A stretch of 64,000 nt of DNA from an uncultured Chloroflexia bacterium (GCA_963813335.1 CAWEYL010000001.1:1024001-1088000); one strand, 5' to 3'; positions 48,350 to 58,212 are shown, counted from the stretch's first letter. Program-made: numbers and translations. Notes: generated from the sequence alone by a model not told the origin.

Positions 48350-49452
48350 TGCTCGGCTGGGATCCCGCCTGGGAGACGCACCTGGCGCCCTTCTCGGGTG
48401 CCGGGCGCGTCGCCGCGCGCGTCATCGCGGTCCACAAGGAGACCTCGATCGTGCGCGGGTCGGACGGGGTGGACCGGCCGGCCACGGTGTCTGGCCGGTT
48501 CCGCTTCGAGGCGCTCGCCACGTCCGACTACCCGGCGGTCGGCGACTGGGTGGCCCTCGAGGCGTCCACGGCCGCGCCGGGCACGGAGGACCGCGTGATC
48601 ATCGCCGCGATCCTGCCGCGCCGGTCGGCGTTCACCCGCAGCGCCGCGGACGCGAGCCGGCGGACGGCCGGCCACCTCGCCGACGAGCAGGTCATCGCCG
48701 CCAACGTCGACGTCGCCTTCATCGTGGCCGGGCTCGACCACGACTTCAACCTGCGCCGCCTGGAGCGCTACCTCGCGGTCGCCTGGTCGAGCAACGTGAC
48801 CCCGGTGGTCGTCCTCAACAAGGCGGACATCGCCGACGACCTCGACGGCCGCCTCGTGGCGGTCGGCGCGGTCGCGCCCGGCGTGCCGGTGGTCGTCCTC
48901 TCCGCGCTGACGGGCGAGCACCTCGGCGACCTGCGGCCGCACCTGGTGACGGGCCGGACCGCGGTCGTGCTCGGCTCGTCGGGCGTCGGCAAGTCCACGC
49001 TCGTGAACGCGCTGCTCGGCGAGGAGCGCCAGTCGACCGCCGCCGTCCGCGAGGACGACTCGCGCGGCCGGCACACGACCACCCATCGCGAGCTGTTCGA
49101 GCTGCCCGGCGGCGCCTTGCTGATCGACACGCCCGGAATCCGCTCGCTCGAGGTGGCGGGCGCCGACGAGGGCGTCGAGACCGCCTTCGACGACATCCTC
49201 GAGCTGGCTGCCACGTGCCGCTTCTCGGATTGCCGCCACGAGGGCGAGCCCGGCTGCGCGATCCAGGCCGCCGTCACCGACGGCACGCTCAGCGCCGACC
49301 GGCTCGCGAGCCACCGCAAGCTCGAGCGCGAGCTGGCTCGCGCGGTTCGCGAGACCGATCCCCGGGCACGAGCCGAGTTCCGGCGCAAGTGGCAGATCAT
49401 CCACAAGTCGGTCGACCAGCACATGAAGACCAAGTACGGAGGACGACCATGA
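48349..49452 (+). CDS. rsgA: Ribosome small subunit-dependent GTPase RsgA (long-form)
   Basis: PAVGDWV, AANVD, NKAD, GSSGVGKST, GRHTTT, DTPG, CRFSDCRHEGEPGC. Confidence 0.95.
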   Translation: MLGWDPAWETHLAPFSGAGRVAARVIAVHKETSIVRGSDGVDRPATVSGRFRFEALATSDYPAVGDWVALEASTAAPGTEDRVIIAAILPRRSAFTRSAADASRRTAGHLADEQVIAANVDVAFIVAGLDHDFNLRRLERYLAVAWSSNVTPVVVLNKADIADDLDGRLVAVGAVAPGVPVVVLSALTGEHLGDLRPHLVTGRTAVVLGSSGVGKSTLVNALLGEERQSTAAVREDDSRGRHTTTHRELFELPGGALLIDTPGIRSLEVAGADEGVETAFDDILELAATCRFSDCRHEGEPGCAIQAAVTDGTLSADRLASHRKLERELARAVRETDPRARAEFRRKWQIIHKSVDQHMKTKYGGRP

Positions 49453-50495
49453 CCCGGACCGCGGAGACCAGCACGCCGACCGCCTGGCTGGACCTGCCGG
49501 GCGCGCCAGCCGTCCCAGGGCTGCGCTTCCGCGCGTTCCGGGACCCGGCCGACTACGAGCCGATGTCCGCCGTCATGTGCGCGGCCGCGCGAGCGGACGA
49601 CATCCCGTGGCTGCCGACGGCGGACCACCTGCGCATCGAAAACGAGGGCGACGATGGGATCTCGCCACCCGACGACATCGTCTTCGCCGAGATCGACGGC
49701 GTGGCGGTCGCGGTCGCCGGGAGCGATCGGGTGGTCCGCGACGGCGTGCCGACCTACGAGATCTGGGGCTTCATGGCCCCGGAGGCGCGGCGGCGCGGGA
49801 TCGGCACCGCGCTCTTCGCCCGGAACCTCGCGCGGGTCCACGAGCGCGCCGCGAGCGTGGACCACGGTCTGCCCGTGGTCATCGGCGCCCACGCCGAGGA
49901 CGGCCAGGACGGCGACCGGATCCTCATCGAGGGCAGCGGCTTCGAGCCGGTGCGCCACTTCTACCTCATGCGCCGCGACCTCACGGCGCCGATCCCCGAT
50001 GTCCCGATGCCGGACGGCATGGACCTGCGCCCGGTGACCCCGGACCAGTACCGGACGATCTATGAGGCCCAGGTCGAGGCGTTCCGCGACCACTGGGGCC
50101 ACCGCGAGGGCAGCGAGCACGGGTACGAGGCCACGTACGCGCGCAAGGAGCTGGACACCTCGCTGTGGGCCGTGGCGTGGGCCGGCGACGAGGTCGCCGG
50201 CGTCGTCGAGAACTGGATCTGGGCCGACGAGAACGCCCAGCTCGGTGTCGAACGCGGCTGGCTCGAGAAGGTCAGCGTCCGCCGGCCGTTCCGCCGGAAG
50301 GGTCTCGCCCGCGCCCTCGTCGCCGAGTCGCTCCGGCGGCACCGGGACGCCGGCATGACCGACGGCATGCTCGGGGTGGATGCGACCAACCCGCTCGGGG
50401 CGCTCGCCCTGTACGAGGGCGTCGGCTTCGAGGTCGCGCGCCGCGAGATCGCCTACCGCCGCACGGACAAGCCGAGGGCCGAACCGGCGGGCTAG
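49449..50495 (+). CDS. Tandem-GNAT acetyltransferase
   Basis: Two acetyl-CoA motifs, RRRGIG and RRKGLA; LGVD..N..GA..LYE..GF. Confidence 0.88.
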   Translation: MTRTAETSTPTAWLDLPGAPAVPGLRFRAFRDPADYEPMSAVMCAAARADDIPWLPTADHLRIENEGDDGISPPDDIVFAEIDGVAVAVAGSDRVVRDGVPTYEIWGFMAPEARRRGIGTALFARNLARVHERAASVDHGLPVVIGAHAEDGQDGDRILIEGSGFEPVRHFYLMRRDLTAPIPDVPMPDGMDLRPVTPDQYRTIYEAQVEAFRDHWGHREGSEHGYEATYARKELDTSLWAVAWAGDEVAGVVENWIWADENAQLGVERGWLEKVSVRRPFRRKGLARALVAESLRRHRDAGMTDGMLGVDATNPLGALALYEGVGFEVARREIAYRRTDKPRAEPAG

Positions 50496-51130
50496 GCGAA
50501 GAGCCGGCCCTCGCGGGCCACGAGCTCCATCCAGGCGCGCTCGCGGCCGATGGTCGTCGCCGGGCCGTGCCCCGGCTCGACCGCGAGATGGTCCTCGAGC
50601 GAGCGCAGCCGCGCGAGCGACTCGACCATGGCCGCCGGGTCGCCACCCGGGAGGTCTACCCTGCCCCACGCGCCGGCGAACAGCGTGTCGCCGCTGTAGA
50701 GGACGCCGTCGTCCTCGGCGAGCAGGCAGACCGAACCCTCGGTGTGGCCCGGCGTGTGCAGCACGCGCAGGCGCAATTCGCCGAAGCGGATCAGGCCGCC
50801 CTCGGCGAGCTCGACGGCGGGCACGGACGGCGGGATGTCGAACGGCGCGAACAGCGGCTGTGGATCGGTGAGCCGCCCGCGGTCGAGCGGATGGACGGCG
50901 ATCTCGGCGCCCGTGTGCTCGGCGACGGCGGCGTTGTCGCCGATGTGGTCCCAGTGGCCGTGGGTCGAGACGATGAGCTTGAGCGTCCACTCGCGGGCGG
51001 CCAGCTCATCGATGATCCAGGCCAGGCTCGGCGTCGCCGTGTCGATGGCGATCGCCTCGCGCGAGCGCGGGTCGGCGAGCACGTGGACGTTGGTCGCGAC
51101 CGGCCCGACGACCCGGCGGAGGCGCTCCAT
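50492..51130 (-). CDS. MBL-fold metallo-hydrolase (glyoxalase II-like)
   Basis: THGHWDH, HTPGHTEGS, SGDTLF, PGHG. Confidence 0.92.
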   Translation of the reverse strand: MERLRRVVGPVATNVHVLADPRSREAIAIDTATPSLAWIIDELAAREWTLKLIVSTHGHWDHIGDNAAVAEHTGAEIAVHPLDRGRLTDPQPLFAPFDIPPSVPAVELAEGGLIRFGELRLRVLHTPGHTEGSVCLLAEDDGVLYSGDTLFAGAWGRVDLPGGDPAAMVESLARLRSLEDHLAVEPGHGPATTIGRERAWMELVAREGRLFA

Positions 51131-51155
51131 CAGCGGGTCGGTGCGCGGCGGACGG

Positions 51156-51602
51156 TCAGGCGGGCGTCTCGAGCTTCGCGCGCATGCACTCGAAGGTCTG
51201 GCCGATCATCTTGTTGGCCGTCCCCTCGATCAGGCGCGCGCCCACGCTGGCCAGCGTGCCGGCGATGTTCACGTCGGCCGTCCAGTCCATGACCGTGGTC
51301 CCGTCCGGGCCGTCCGAGAGCGCCATCTGGGCATCGGCGTCGACCGCGCTGCCGGGCGCCTGGCCGTGGGCCTTGATGACGGCCTTGTCGGGCGCGGTCA
51401 GCTCCGCGAACGTCATGTCGACGTTGAACCGGGCGCTGATGAACCCGATGCCGACCTTGGCGGTGGCCTTGAAATGGGTGTCGTCGACGACCTCGATCTT
51501 CTCCACGCCCGGCCCGCACTGGCCCACCTGGTTCGGGTCGATGACGAAGGCCCAGACCTTGTCGCGACTGGCCTTGATGGGCACGGAGCCTTCGAAGTGC
51601 AT
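51156..51602 (-). CDS. coxG: Carbon monoxide dehydrogenase accessory protein CoxG (SRPBCC)
   Basis: VW.F..DP.....C.PG, G.LASVGARLI; located in the cox cluster. Confidence 0.88.
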   Translation of the reverse strand: MHFEGSVPIKASRDKVWAFVIDPNQVGQCGPGVEKIEVVDDTHFKATAKVGIGFISARFNVDMTFAELTAPDKAVIKAHGQAPGSAVDADAQMALSDGPDGTTVMDWTADVNIAGTLASVGARLIEGTANKMIGQTFECMRAKLETPA

Positions 51603-51637
51603 CAATTCCTCCAGCGTTGCCGCGCGGGGGTCGCGGA

Positions 51638-52678
51638 TCAGTCGGGCAAGGATACCGACGAGGGGACGTAGGCCGTCGGCTCCTTGATGAACCGGGTCCG
51701 GCAGCCGATCGAGCAGAACGCATAGACGACCCCGTCGTGCTCGGCGAGGTGGCGGGCGTGCTCGCGATCGACGGTCATGCCGCAGACCGGGTCGAGCAGC
51801 ACGATGTCGTCGACGACGGGCTGCAGCTCGATCGGGGCGACGGCGGCCCCGCCCGCGACGGTCGCCGGTCCGGGCGATGCCACGAAGTCCGCCCGGCCGT
51901 GGCGGACCTGCACCAGCTCGGCGAGGATCGACAGGGCGATCTCGGCCGGCGACTCCGCGCCGAGGTCGATGCCGGCCGGGGCGCGGAGCGCCGCCAGCCG
52001 CTCGTCCGCGAGCCCGGCATCGTCGCGCAGCCACGTCCGGACGACGTTGGCCCGGGTCGGCGAGGCGACGAGCCCGACGTACGAGGCGTCGCGGGCGAGC
52101 GCCGCGGCGACGGCCTCCTCGTCCCAGACGCCCTGGGTCGCGACGACGATGTAGGGCGAGAGCTCGGGGTCGAGCCGCTTGATGTCGGCCGTCGAGATCA
52201 CCCGCTCCGCCCCGGCGAACGCGTCGGCGTCGGCGACCGGGTCGATGACGGTCACCCGCCAGCCCGCGGCCGAGCCGAGGGTCGCGAGCGCACCGGCGAT
52301 GGGCGTGGTGCCGGCGACCCACAGGACCGGCGCTGGCAGATGCGGTTCCACGTAGATCTCCAGGGTCCCGCCGGAATGGCAGGTCATGACAAGCTCGATG
52401 ATGCCGTCGCCGCGGCGGCCCTCGGCCGGCGCGTCCTTCGAGAGCCGCAGCAGGCGCGGCTGCCCGTCACCGAGCGAGCGCAGCGCCTCGCGGACGACGA
52501 CGGGCTGGGCGCAGCTGCCGCCGACCCAGCCCTCGATGGTGCCGTCCGGATGGACGATGCCCGAGGCGCCCGGACGCGCCGATGTCGGCCGTTGGACCGC
52601 CACGACCGTGGCGACCGCGAACGGCCGACCGTCCGCCTCGAGCGAGGCGGCGCGCGCGAAGATCGACCGCGGGGTCAC
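51638..52678 (-). CDS. XdhC/CoxF-family protein with C-terminal YHS domain
   Basis: GWVGGSC, CHSGG, YVGLVAS..R, APAGIDLGA..P.EIALSILAE; DPVCGM...YAFCSIGC. Confidence 0.9.
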   Translation of the reverse strand: MTPRSIFARAASLEADGRPFAVATVVAVQRPTSARPGASGIVHPDGTIEGWVGGSCAQPVVVREALRSLGDGQPRLLRLSKDAPAEGRRGDGIIELVMTCHSGGTLEIYVEPHLPAPVLWVAGTTPIAGALATLGSAAGWRVTVIDPVADADAFAGAERVISTADIKRLDPELSPYIVVATQGVWDEEAVAAALARDASYVGLVASPTRANVVRTWLRDDAGLADERLAALRAPAGIDLGAESPAEIALSILAELVQVRHGRADFVASPGPATVAGGAAVAPIELQPVVDDIVLLDPVCGMTVDREHARHLAEHDGVVYAFCSIGCRTRFIKEPTAYVPSSVSLPD

Positions 52679-52696
52679 GAGCAGCCCACCGCAGGC

Positions 52697-55081
52697 CTAG
52701 CTGATGCCCTTCTCGTGGAGGATGGCCCAGACCTTCTGGGGCGTGATCGGGATGTCGATGTTGCGGACGCCGAGATGCCACAGGGCGTCGACGACCGCAT
52801 TGGCGATGGCCGGCGGGGCGCCGACGGTGGCGGACTCGCCGACCCCCTTGGCGCCGATCGGGTGATGCGGCGAGGGGGTGATGGTCTTGCCGGTCTCCCA
52901 GGCCGGCGTCTCGACGGCGGTCGGGAGCAGGTAGTCCATGAAGGTCCCGGCCATGTTGTTGCCGAGCTCGTCGTAGGTGATCTGCTCGTACAGCGAGGGC
53001 GCGAGGCCCATCGTCAGGCCGCCGTGGATCTGCCCGTCGACGATCATCGGGTTGATGATGTTGCCGCAGTCGTCGATGGCGACGAACCGGCGCACGTGCA
53101 CCTGGCCCGTCCCCTTGTCGATGTCGACGACGCAGATGTAGCTGCCGAACGGGAAGGTCAGGTTCGGCGGGTCGTAGTAGTCGACCGCCTCGAGGCCGGC
53201 TTCCATCCCGGCGGGATGGTTGGTGTAGGCCGCGAACGCGATCTCCTGGATCGTCTTGAAGCGTTCGGGCGAGCCCTTGACGCTGAACTTGCCCGGCTCC
53301 CACTCGAGGTCGTCCTCGTTGGCCTCCAGCAGGTGAGCCGCGATCTTGCGGGCCTTCTCCCGGATCTTGCGGGCCGCGACCGCGGTGGCCGCGCCGGCGA
53401 CGGGGGTGGACCGGGACGCATAGGTCCCGAGGCCATACGGCGCCGTGTCGGTGTCGCCCTCCTCGATCTTGATGTCCGCGACCGGGAAGCCGAGCTCCTC
53501 GGCGATGATCTGGGCGAACGTCGTCTCGTGGCCCTGGCCCTGCGACTGGACGCCGAGCCGGGCGAGCACCTTGCCCGTCGGGTGGACCCGGATCTCGCAG
53601 CTGTCGAACATCTTGATGCCCAGGATGTCGAAGTCGTGCGAGGGTCCGGCGCCGACGATCTCGGTGAAGCTGCTGATGCCGATGCCCATGAGCTCGCCAC
53701 GGGCGCGCTTCTCCGCCTGCTCCTTGCGCAGGTCGTCGTAGCCGATCATGTCGAGCGCCTTCTGCAGCGCGGCGGGGTAGTTGCCCGAATCGTAGGACCA
53801 GCCGGTCGGGGTCTTGTACGGGAACTGCTCGGGCTGGATGAAGTTCTCCATCCGGAGCTGGGCCGGGTCCTTTCCGATCTCGTGGGCCAGGATGTCCACC
53901 ATCCGCTCGATGGCGTGGACCGCCTCGGTCACGCGGAACGAGCAGCGATAGGCGACGCCGCCGGGCGGCTTGTTCGTGTAGACGCCGTCGACTTCGACGA
54001 ACGCGTTCGGGAAGTCGTACGAGCCGGTGATGACGTTGAACAGGCCGGCCGGGAACTTGGACGGGTCGGCGGCCGCGTCCGAGTAGCCGTGGTCGGCGAG
54101 GGTCTTGACCTTGAGGCTCGTGATCCGGCCGTCCTTGGTCGCGCCCATCTCCGCGTGGATGTGGTAGTCGCGGGCGAAGGAGTCCGCCTGGAGGTTCTCC
54201 GAGCGGTCCTCGATCCACTTCACCGGCGTCCCGGTCAAGAACGAGGCTGCCACGGCGAGGACATAGCCCGGGTAGACGGGCACCTTGCCGCCGAAGCCGC
54301 CGCCGATGTCGTGGGTCTTGACCCGGATGTTCTGCTCGCTGATCGGGAGGCCGGCGCCGGCGGCGACGAGCGCGATGACCGTCCGGATCGCATGCGGTGC
54401 CTGGCTCGTCATGTGGAGCGTGAGCTGCTGGCGGACCGGGTTCCAGTCGGCGACGCAGCCGCAGGTCTCGATCGAGGCGACATGGATGCGCGGGATGTAG
54501 ATGTCCTCGGACACCCGGACCTCGGCGGTCGCCATCGCGGCATCGGTCGCGGCCTCGTCGCCCGATTCCCAGTGCCAGATGTGATTGTTCGCCTTGTCCG
54601 GCCCGCGATCGGGACGCAGCACGAAGGCATCCGGCTCCATCGCCTTGAACGGGTCGATCACGACCGGGAGCGGCTCGTAGTCGACCAGGACCGCGGCGAC
54701 GCCGTCGGCGGCGGCGTAGCGGGATGTGGCGATGACCGCCGCGACCTCCTGCGACTGGTACATGACGGTGTCCACCGGGAGCACCATCTGCATGTCGCCC
54801 GCCAGCGTCGGCATCCAGTGGAGCTTGTAGCCCTCCAGGTCCTTGCCGGTGACGACGGCCGCGACGCCCGGGACCTTCAGCGCCTCGGACGCGTCGATCG
54901 ACTTGATCTTGGCGTGCGCGTACGGGCTGCGCACGATGTCGAGCCAGAGCTGGCCCGGCAGGTTGACGTCCTCGATGTACTCGCCCTGGCCGCGGATGAA
55001 CCGCGGGTCTTCCTTGCGCTTGACCGAGTGGCCCATGCCACCCATCTCGAATGTGGTGCGGGGCCCTGCTTCGGTGGTCAT
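52697..55081 (-). CDS. coxL: Aerobic CO dehydrogenase large subunit, form I
   Basis: Form I active-site motif AYRCSFR; GGGFGGK, QGQGHET, AKGVGES. Confidence 0.97.
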   Translation of the reverse strand: MTTEAGPRTTFEMGGMGHSVKRKEDPRFIRGQGEYIEDVNLPGQLWLDIVRSPYAHAKIKSIDASEALKVPGVAAVVTGKDLEGYKLHWMPTLAGDMQMVLPVDTVMYQSQEVAAVIATSRYAAADGVAAVLVDYEPLPVVIDPFKAMEPDAFVLRPDRGPDKANNHIWHWESGDEAATDAAMATAEVRVSEDIYIPRIHVASIETCGCVADWNPVRQQLTLHMTSQAPHAIRTVIALVAAGAGLPISEQNIRVKTHDIGGGFGGKVPVYPGYVLAVAASFLTGTPVKWIEDRSENLQADSFARDYHIHAEMGATKDGRITSLKVKTLADHGYSDAAADPSKFPAGLFNVITGSYDFPNAFVEVDGVYTNKPPGGVAYRCSFRVTEAVHAIERMVDILAHEIGKDPAQLRMENFIQPEQFPYKTPTGWSYDSGNYPAALQKALDMIGYDDLRKEQAEKRARGELMGIGISSFTEIVGAGPSHDFDILGIKMFDSCEIRVHPTGKVLARLGVQSQGQGHETTFAQIIAEELGFPVADIKIEEGDTDTAPYGLGTYASRSTPVAGAATAVAARKIREKARKIAAHLLEANEDDLEWEPGKFSVKGSPERFKTIQEIAFAAYTNHPAGMEAGLEAVDYYDPPNLTFPFGSYICVVDIDKGTGQVHVRRFVAIDDCGNIINPMIVDGQIHGGLTMGLAPSLYEQITYDELGNNMAGTFMDYLLPTAVETPAWETGKTITPSPHHPIGAKGVGESATVGAPPAIANAVVDALWHLGVRNIDIPITPQKVWAILHEKGIS

Positions 55082-55096
55082 CTCGTCACTCCCCGC

Positions 55097-55612
55097 TCAA
55101 CCGGCCGCGACCGGCGTGCCGCCGGCCTGGGTTTCGGCCGCGGCGCTCATCTCGGCGGCGGCCTGCTGGATCGACTTGACGATGTTCACGTAACCCGTGC
55201 AGCGGCACAGGTTGCCGCTGATCCCCCAGCGGATCTCCTCCTCGGTGGGGTCGGGATTCTCCCCGAGGAACCAGGCGGCCTGCATGATCATGCCCGGCGT
55301 ACAGAAGCCGCACTGGAGGCCGTGCTGGTCCCAGAAGGCCTGCTGGAGCGGGTGGAGGTTGGCGCCGTCCGCCATCCCTTCGATGGTCTTGATGCTGCGC
55401 CCGTCGGCCTGGACGGCGAGCATCGTGCACGATTTGGCGCTCTCGCCGTCGACGTGGACCGTGCACGCGCCGCAGTTGCTGGTGTCGCAGCCGACGTGGG
55501 TGCCGGTCAGGCCGAGCGTGTCGCGCAGGAAGTGGACGAGGAGCAACCGTGGCTCGACGTCCGCCTCATGGGCCGCGCCGTTGACGGTGACCGAGATGTG
55601 CTTGGTGGTCAT
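55097..55612 (-). CDS. coxS: CO dehydrogenase small (2Fe-2S) subunit
   Basis: [27 protein letters not shown]. Confidence 0.97.
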   Translation of the reverse strand: MTTKHISVTVNGAAHEADVEPRLLLVHFLRDTLGLTGTHVGCDTSNCGACTVHVDGESAKSCTMLAVQADGRSIKTIEGMADGANLHPLQQAFWDQHGLQCGFCTPGMIMQAAWFLGENPDPTEEEIRWGISGNLCRCTGYVNIVKSIQQAAAEMSAAAETQAGGTPVAAG

Positions 55613-55624
55613 CGTGGCGGCCTC

Positions 55625-56557
55625 CTACGCGTACGCGTTCGCGCGGTCGACGGCGGTGCGGAGCGCCCGGAGGGCCAGCTCGGCGACCATCGCCCGCTTG
55701 TAGTCGATGGGACCGCGGACATCGCCGCCGGGGCTGCTCTGCGCCCCCGCGGCAGCGCCCGCCTGGCGGTAGAGATCGTCCCCCGGCGCCTTGCCGACGA
55801 GGATGGCCTCCGCGTCGGTCGCGGCGAACGGCGCGCCGGCCACGCCGGTGACGCCCATCCCGGCGGCCGAGATCCGGCCGTCGTCGCCGAGCGTGACCCG
55901 GACCGCGACGCCGGCCGTCGCGAAGTCGCCGACCTTGCGCTCGAGCTTCTGGTAGGCGCCGCCGGTGTGTCGCCCGCGGCGCGGGATGCGGATCTCGGTC
56001 AGGACCTCCAGCGGATCGATCGCCGTGGAGAAGGTGTCGATGAAGAACCCGCGGGCCGGCAGGACCCGCTCACGGATGCCACCGGCGGCGGACGCCGGGT
56101 TGTCGCCGACGCGCATGTGGTGCGGGTCGCCGGAGAGGCCGCGGCACACGACCGATGCGTTGGCAGCGAGGAGGATCGCCGGCCAGTCCGACGCCGGGTC
56201 GGCGTGCGCGACGGAGCCGCCGATGGTGCCCCAGTTGCGGACCTGCGGGTCGCCGATCAGGGCGGTCGCGTCCTCGAGCATCGGGTAGTGGTCCGCGACG
56301 ATCTCGTTCTCGTGGATCTGCCGGTGCGTCGCCCGGGCGCCGATGCGCAGGTCGTCGTCGGTCTCGATGATGCCGTCCATGCCGTCGATGTCGCGGATGT
56401 CGACGAGCAGCGCCGGCTGGGCGAGGCGCAGCTTGATCAGGGGGATGAGGCTGTAGCCACCGGACAGGATCTTGGCCTCGCCCTCGCGGTCCTTGAGGAT
56501 CTGGAGGACGTCGTCGAGGTTCGCCGGTCGGACGTAGTCGAACTGAGCCGGGATCAT
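55625..56557 (-). CDS. coxM: CO dehydrogenase medium (FAD) subunit
   Basis: [26 protein letters not shown]...[12 protein letters not shown]; M-S-L gene order. Confidence 0.95.
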   Translation of the reverse strand: MIPAQFDYVRPANLDDVLQILKDREGEAKILSGGYSLIPLIKLRLAQPALLVDIRDIDGMDGIIETDDDLRIGARATHRQIHENEIVADHYPMLEDATALIGDPQVRNWGTIGGSVAHADPASDWPAILLAANASVVCRGLSGDPHHMRVGDNPASAAGGIRERVLPARGFFIDTFSTAIDPLEVLTEIRIPRRGRHTGGAYQKLERKVGDFATAGVAVRVTLGDDGRISAAGMGVTGVAGAPFAATDAEAILVGKAPGDDLYRQAGAAAGAQSSPGGDVRGPIDYKRAMVAELALRALRTAVDRANAYA

Positions 56558-56728
56558 CGCGCTGCTGCCTCCTGCCCGCTCGCGCGGGCGATACGGTCGA
56601 CCCTGAGCGTCAGCGCGTCCCTGCGCCCGGTCCTGGGTCCGGAGCTATGGCGACGTTCCCGGGCCGTCGATCGGGGCCGTTTCGGCTGGGGTCCGACCGT
56701 GGTCCGGGTTGCGGTGGTGTTGCACGGA

Positions 56729-56800
56729 AGTATCGTCCCGCGCTCGTTCGTCCGTCAACGAGATGCGCAGCGTCGAAGGCTAGGTTTTCGCAATGAAACC
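56729..56800 (-). promoter_or_regulatory. Candidate coxMSL promoter and upstream inverted repeat
   Basis: Minus strand TTGACG-N18-GATACT (56758-56729); GGTTT-N8-AAACC at 56783-56800. Confidence 0.4.
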
Positions 56801-56993
56801 GGACGCGCCGGGACCGCCGAGGGCGCCCAACGGACGGTGCTCCCGGTGGCCCACCCGATGGACCATCCGACGGCAGGACGGCACAGGACGCGCCCTCCGG
56901 CGTCGATCCGGCCACATGGCGAACCGTCCGGCACCGGAACGGGGGTCCCTTCGCCGGACGGTCCGTGTCGCGAGCCACAGCAAGGCAGAGCCT

Positions 56994-57752
56994 TCAGGCG
57001 GCGATCCCCTCGCCCGTCTCGAGGAAGGTCTTGAGGCCGGACACGATGTACACGATCCCCTCGGAGAACTCCTTCGCCGAGGTCGAGCCGGGGATGAGCG
57101 CGCTCGTCACGGTGAGCTTCGTGCCGCCGCGCTCCGCAGGTTCGACCAGCCAGGTCATGCGGACCGGGCCCTCGGCGTCGATCTCGGGACTCCAGCGCGG
57201 GTGGAACGACATCGTGATCGAGCGGCCCGGCTCCACGGCGATCACCTCGCCGTCGGCGGCGATGCTGCCGTCGGCGTAGGCGTAGGACAGCGGGGCGCCG
57301 GCCAGCCAGGTCGAGGCCACCCGGGTGTCGTAGTAGTAGCGGACGGTGTCGTCACCGTCGGTGATCGCCTGCCAGACCCGTTCCGGCGCGGCCTTGATGA
57401 GGATCGAGTACACGTGATCGACGCGGTCCATCGGACTCTCCAGCAGTCGTTTGAGGGTCGACATGGAGCCCACGACCGGCTCGGCGAACTTGCCGATCCA
57501 GCGGTCGTGGACCAGACGGATGGGCACCGGGTTCAGGAAGTGGCGCTTTTCCCGCCCGACCCGCTGGGTCGTGACGAGGTCCGCCTCCTCCAGGACCGCG
57601 AGGTGCTTCATGACGCCGAACCGCGTCATCCCGGGCAGGTGTTCGCACAGCTCGCCGAGCGTCTGGCCATCGCGCTCGAAGAGCCGGTCGAGCAGGACCC
57701 GCCGATTCGCATCGGCGAGGGCCCGGAAGACCGCGACCGTGTCGTCCGTCAT
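56994..57752 (-). CDS. ArsR family regulator fused to an SRPBCC/AHSA1 domain
   Basis: VFRALAD.NRR.LLD.L, MTRFGVMKHL.VLE.A.LV, LNPVPI; then I.A.PERVWQAITD. Confidence 0.92.
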   Translation of the reverse strand: MTDDTVAVFRALADANRRVLLDRLFERDGQTLGELCEHLPGMTRFGVMKHLAVLEEADLVTTQRVGREKRHFLNPVPIRLVHDRWIGKFAEPVVGSMSTLKRLLESPMDRVDHVYSILIKAAPERVWQAITDGDDTVRYYYDTRVASTWLAGAPLSYAYADGSIAADGEVIAVEPGRSITMSFHPRWSPEIDAEGPVRMTWLVEPAERGGTKLTVTSALIPGSTSAKEFSEGIVYIVSGLKTFLETGEGIAA

Positions 57753-57758
57753 GCGCTG

Positions 57759-57788
57759 ACTATATGTGACTGTTTGGTCACATGTCAA
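57759..57788 (-). promoter_or_regulatory. Leaderless promoter with overlapping palindromic operator
   Basis: TTGACA-N18-TATAGT ending 6 nt before the ATG; palindrome ATGTGAC-N6-GTCACAT (57764-57783) fills the spacer. Confidence 0.75.
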
Positions 57789-57864
57789 GCGGTCCGCGGG
57801 GCTCGTGCGTCATAGCCGGTTGGTAACCCTTGCGGCGTCACGACAGCCGGGTCATGCTCGATCC

Positions 57865-58212
57865 ATGGTCGCGACATCCAGGCAGATCTGGGCGGTCCGC
57901 CAATGCGGGCACCAGCACCAAGAGTTCGAACCGCAGCCTCGTGGCGCGGACCTGCCGACCCGCTGGCGAGTGACGAATGCAACGCGCTGCAGCGGACTGG
58001 ACCTCCAGACGGGCACCGTGCTCGAGTTCGTGCTGACCGACCAGACCTTCCAGGGCTGCGCCGGCTGCGAGAGCCACTTCGTGTGGTCTCGCTACCGAGT
58101 GACAAACGGTGAGCACGCGGGATCGTGCATCGAGTTTCAGGTCATCGATCCGAAGCCGTTCTACGTCATGCGCCCGATGGTCCCCGACTGGCTGGAATCA
58201 CTGCCCGACTGA
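57865..58212 (+). CDS. Hypothetical Cys-containing protein
   Basis: 115 aa ORF with non-shadow composition (aromatic residues, CAGC); somewhat lower GC. Confidence 0.5.
   Translation: MVATSRQIWAVRQCGHQHQEFEPQPRGADLPTRWRVTNATRCSGLDLQTGTVLEFVLTDQTFQGCAGCESHFVWSRYRVTNGEHAGSCIEFQVIDPKPFYVMRPMVPDWLESLPD

Noticed and set aside
56560-56725. Moco riboswitch upstream of coxM
   Set aside because: I could not recognise the conserved Moco RNA elements by eye; an Rfam search is needed.
51617-57034. 1805 aa plus-strand ORF
   Set aside because: Antisense shadow of coxMSL/xdhC caused by high GC3; no recognisable motifs.
57765-57782. TGTGA...TCACA as a Crp site
   Set aside because: The spacer is 8 nt rather than 6; better explained as the ArsR autoregulatory operator.
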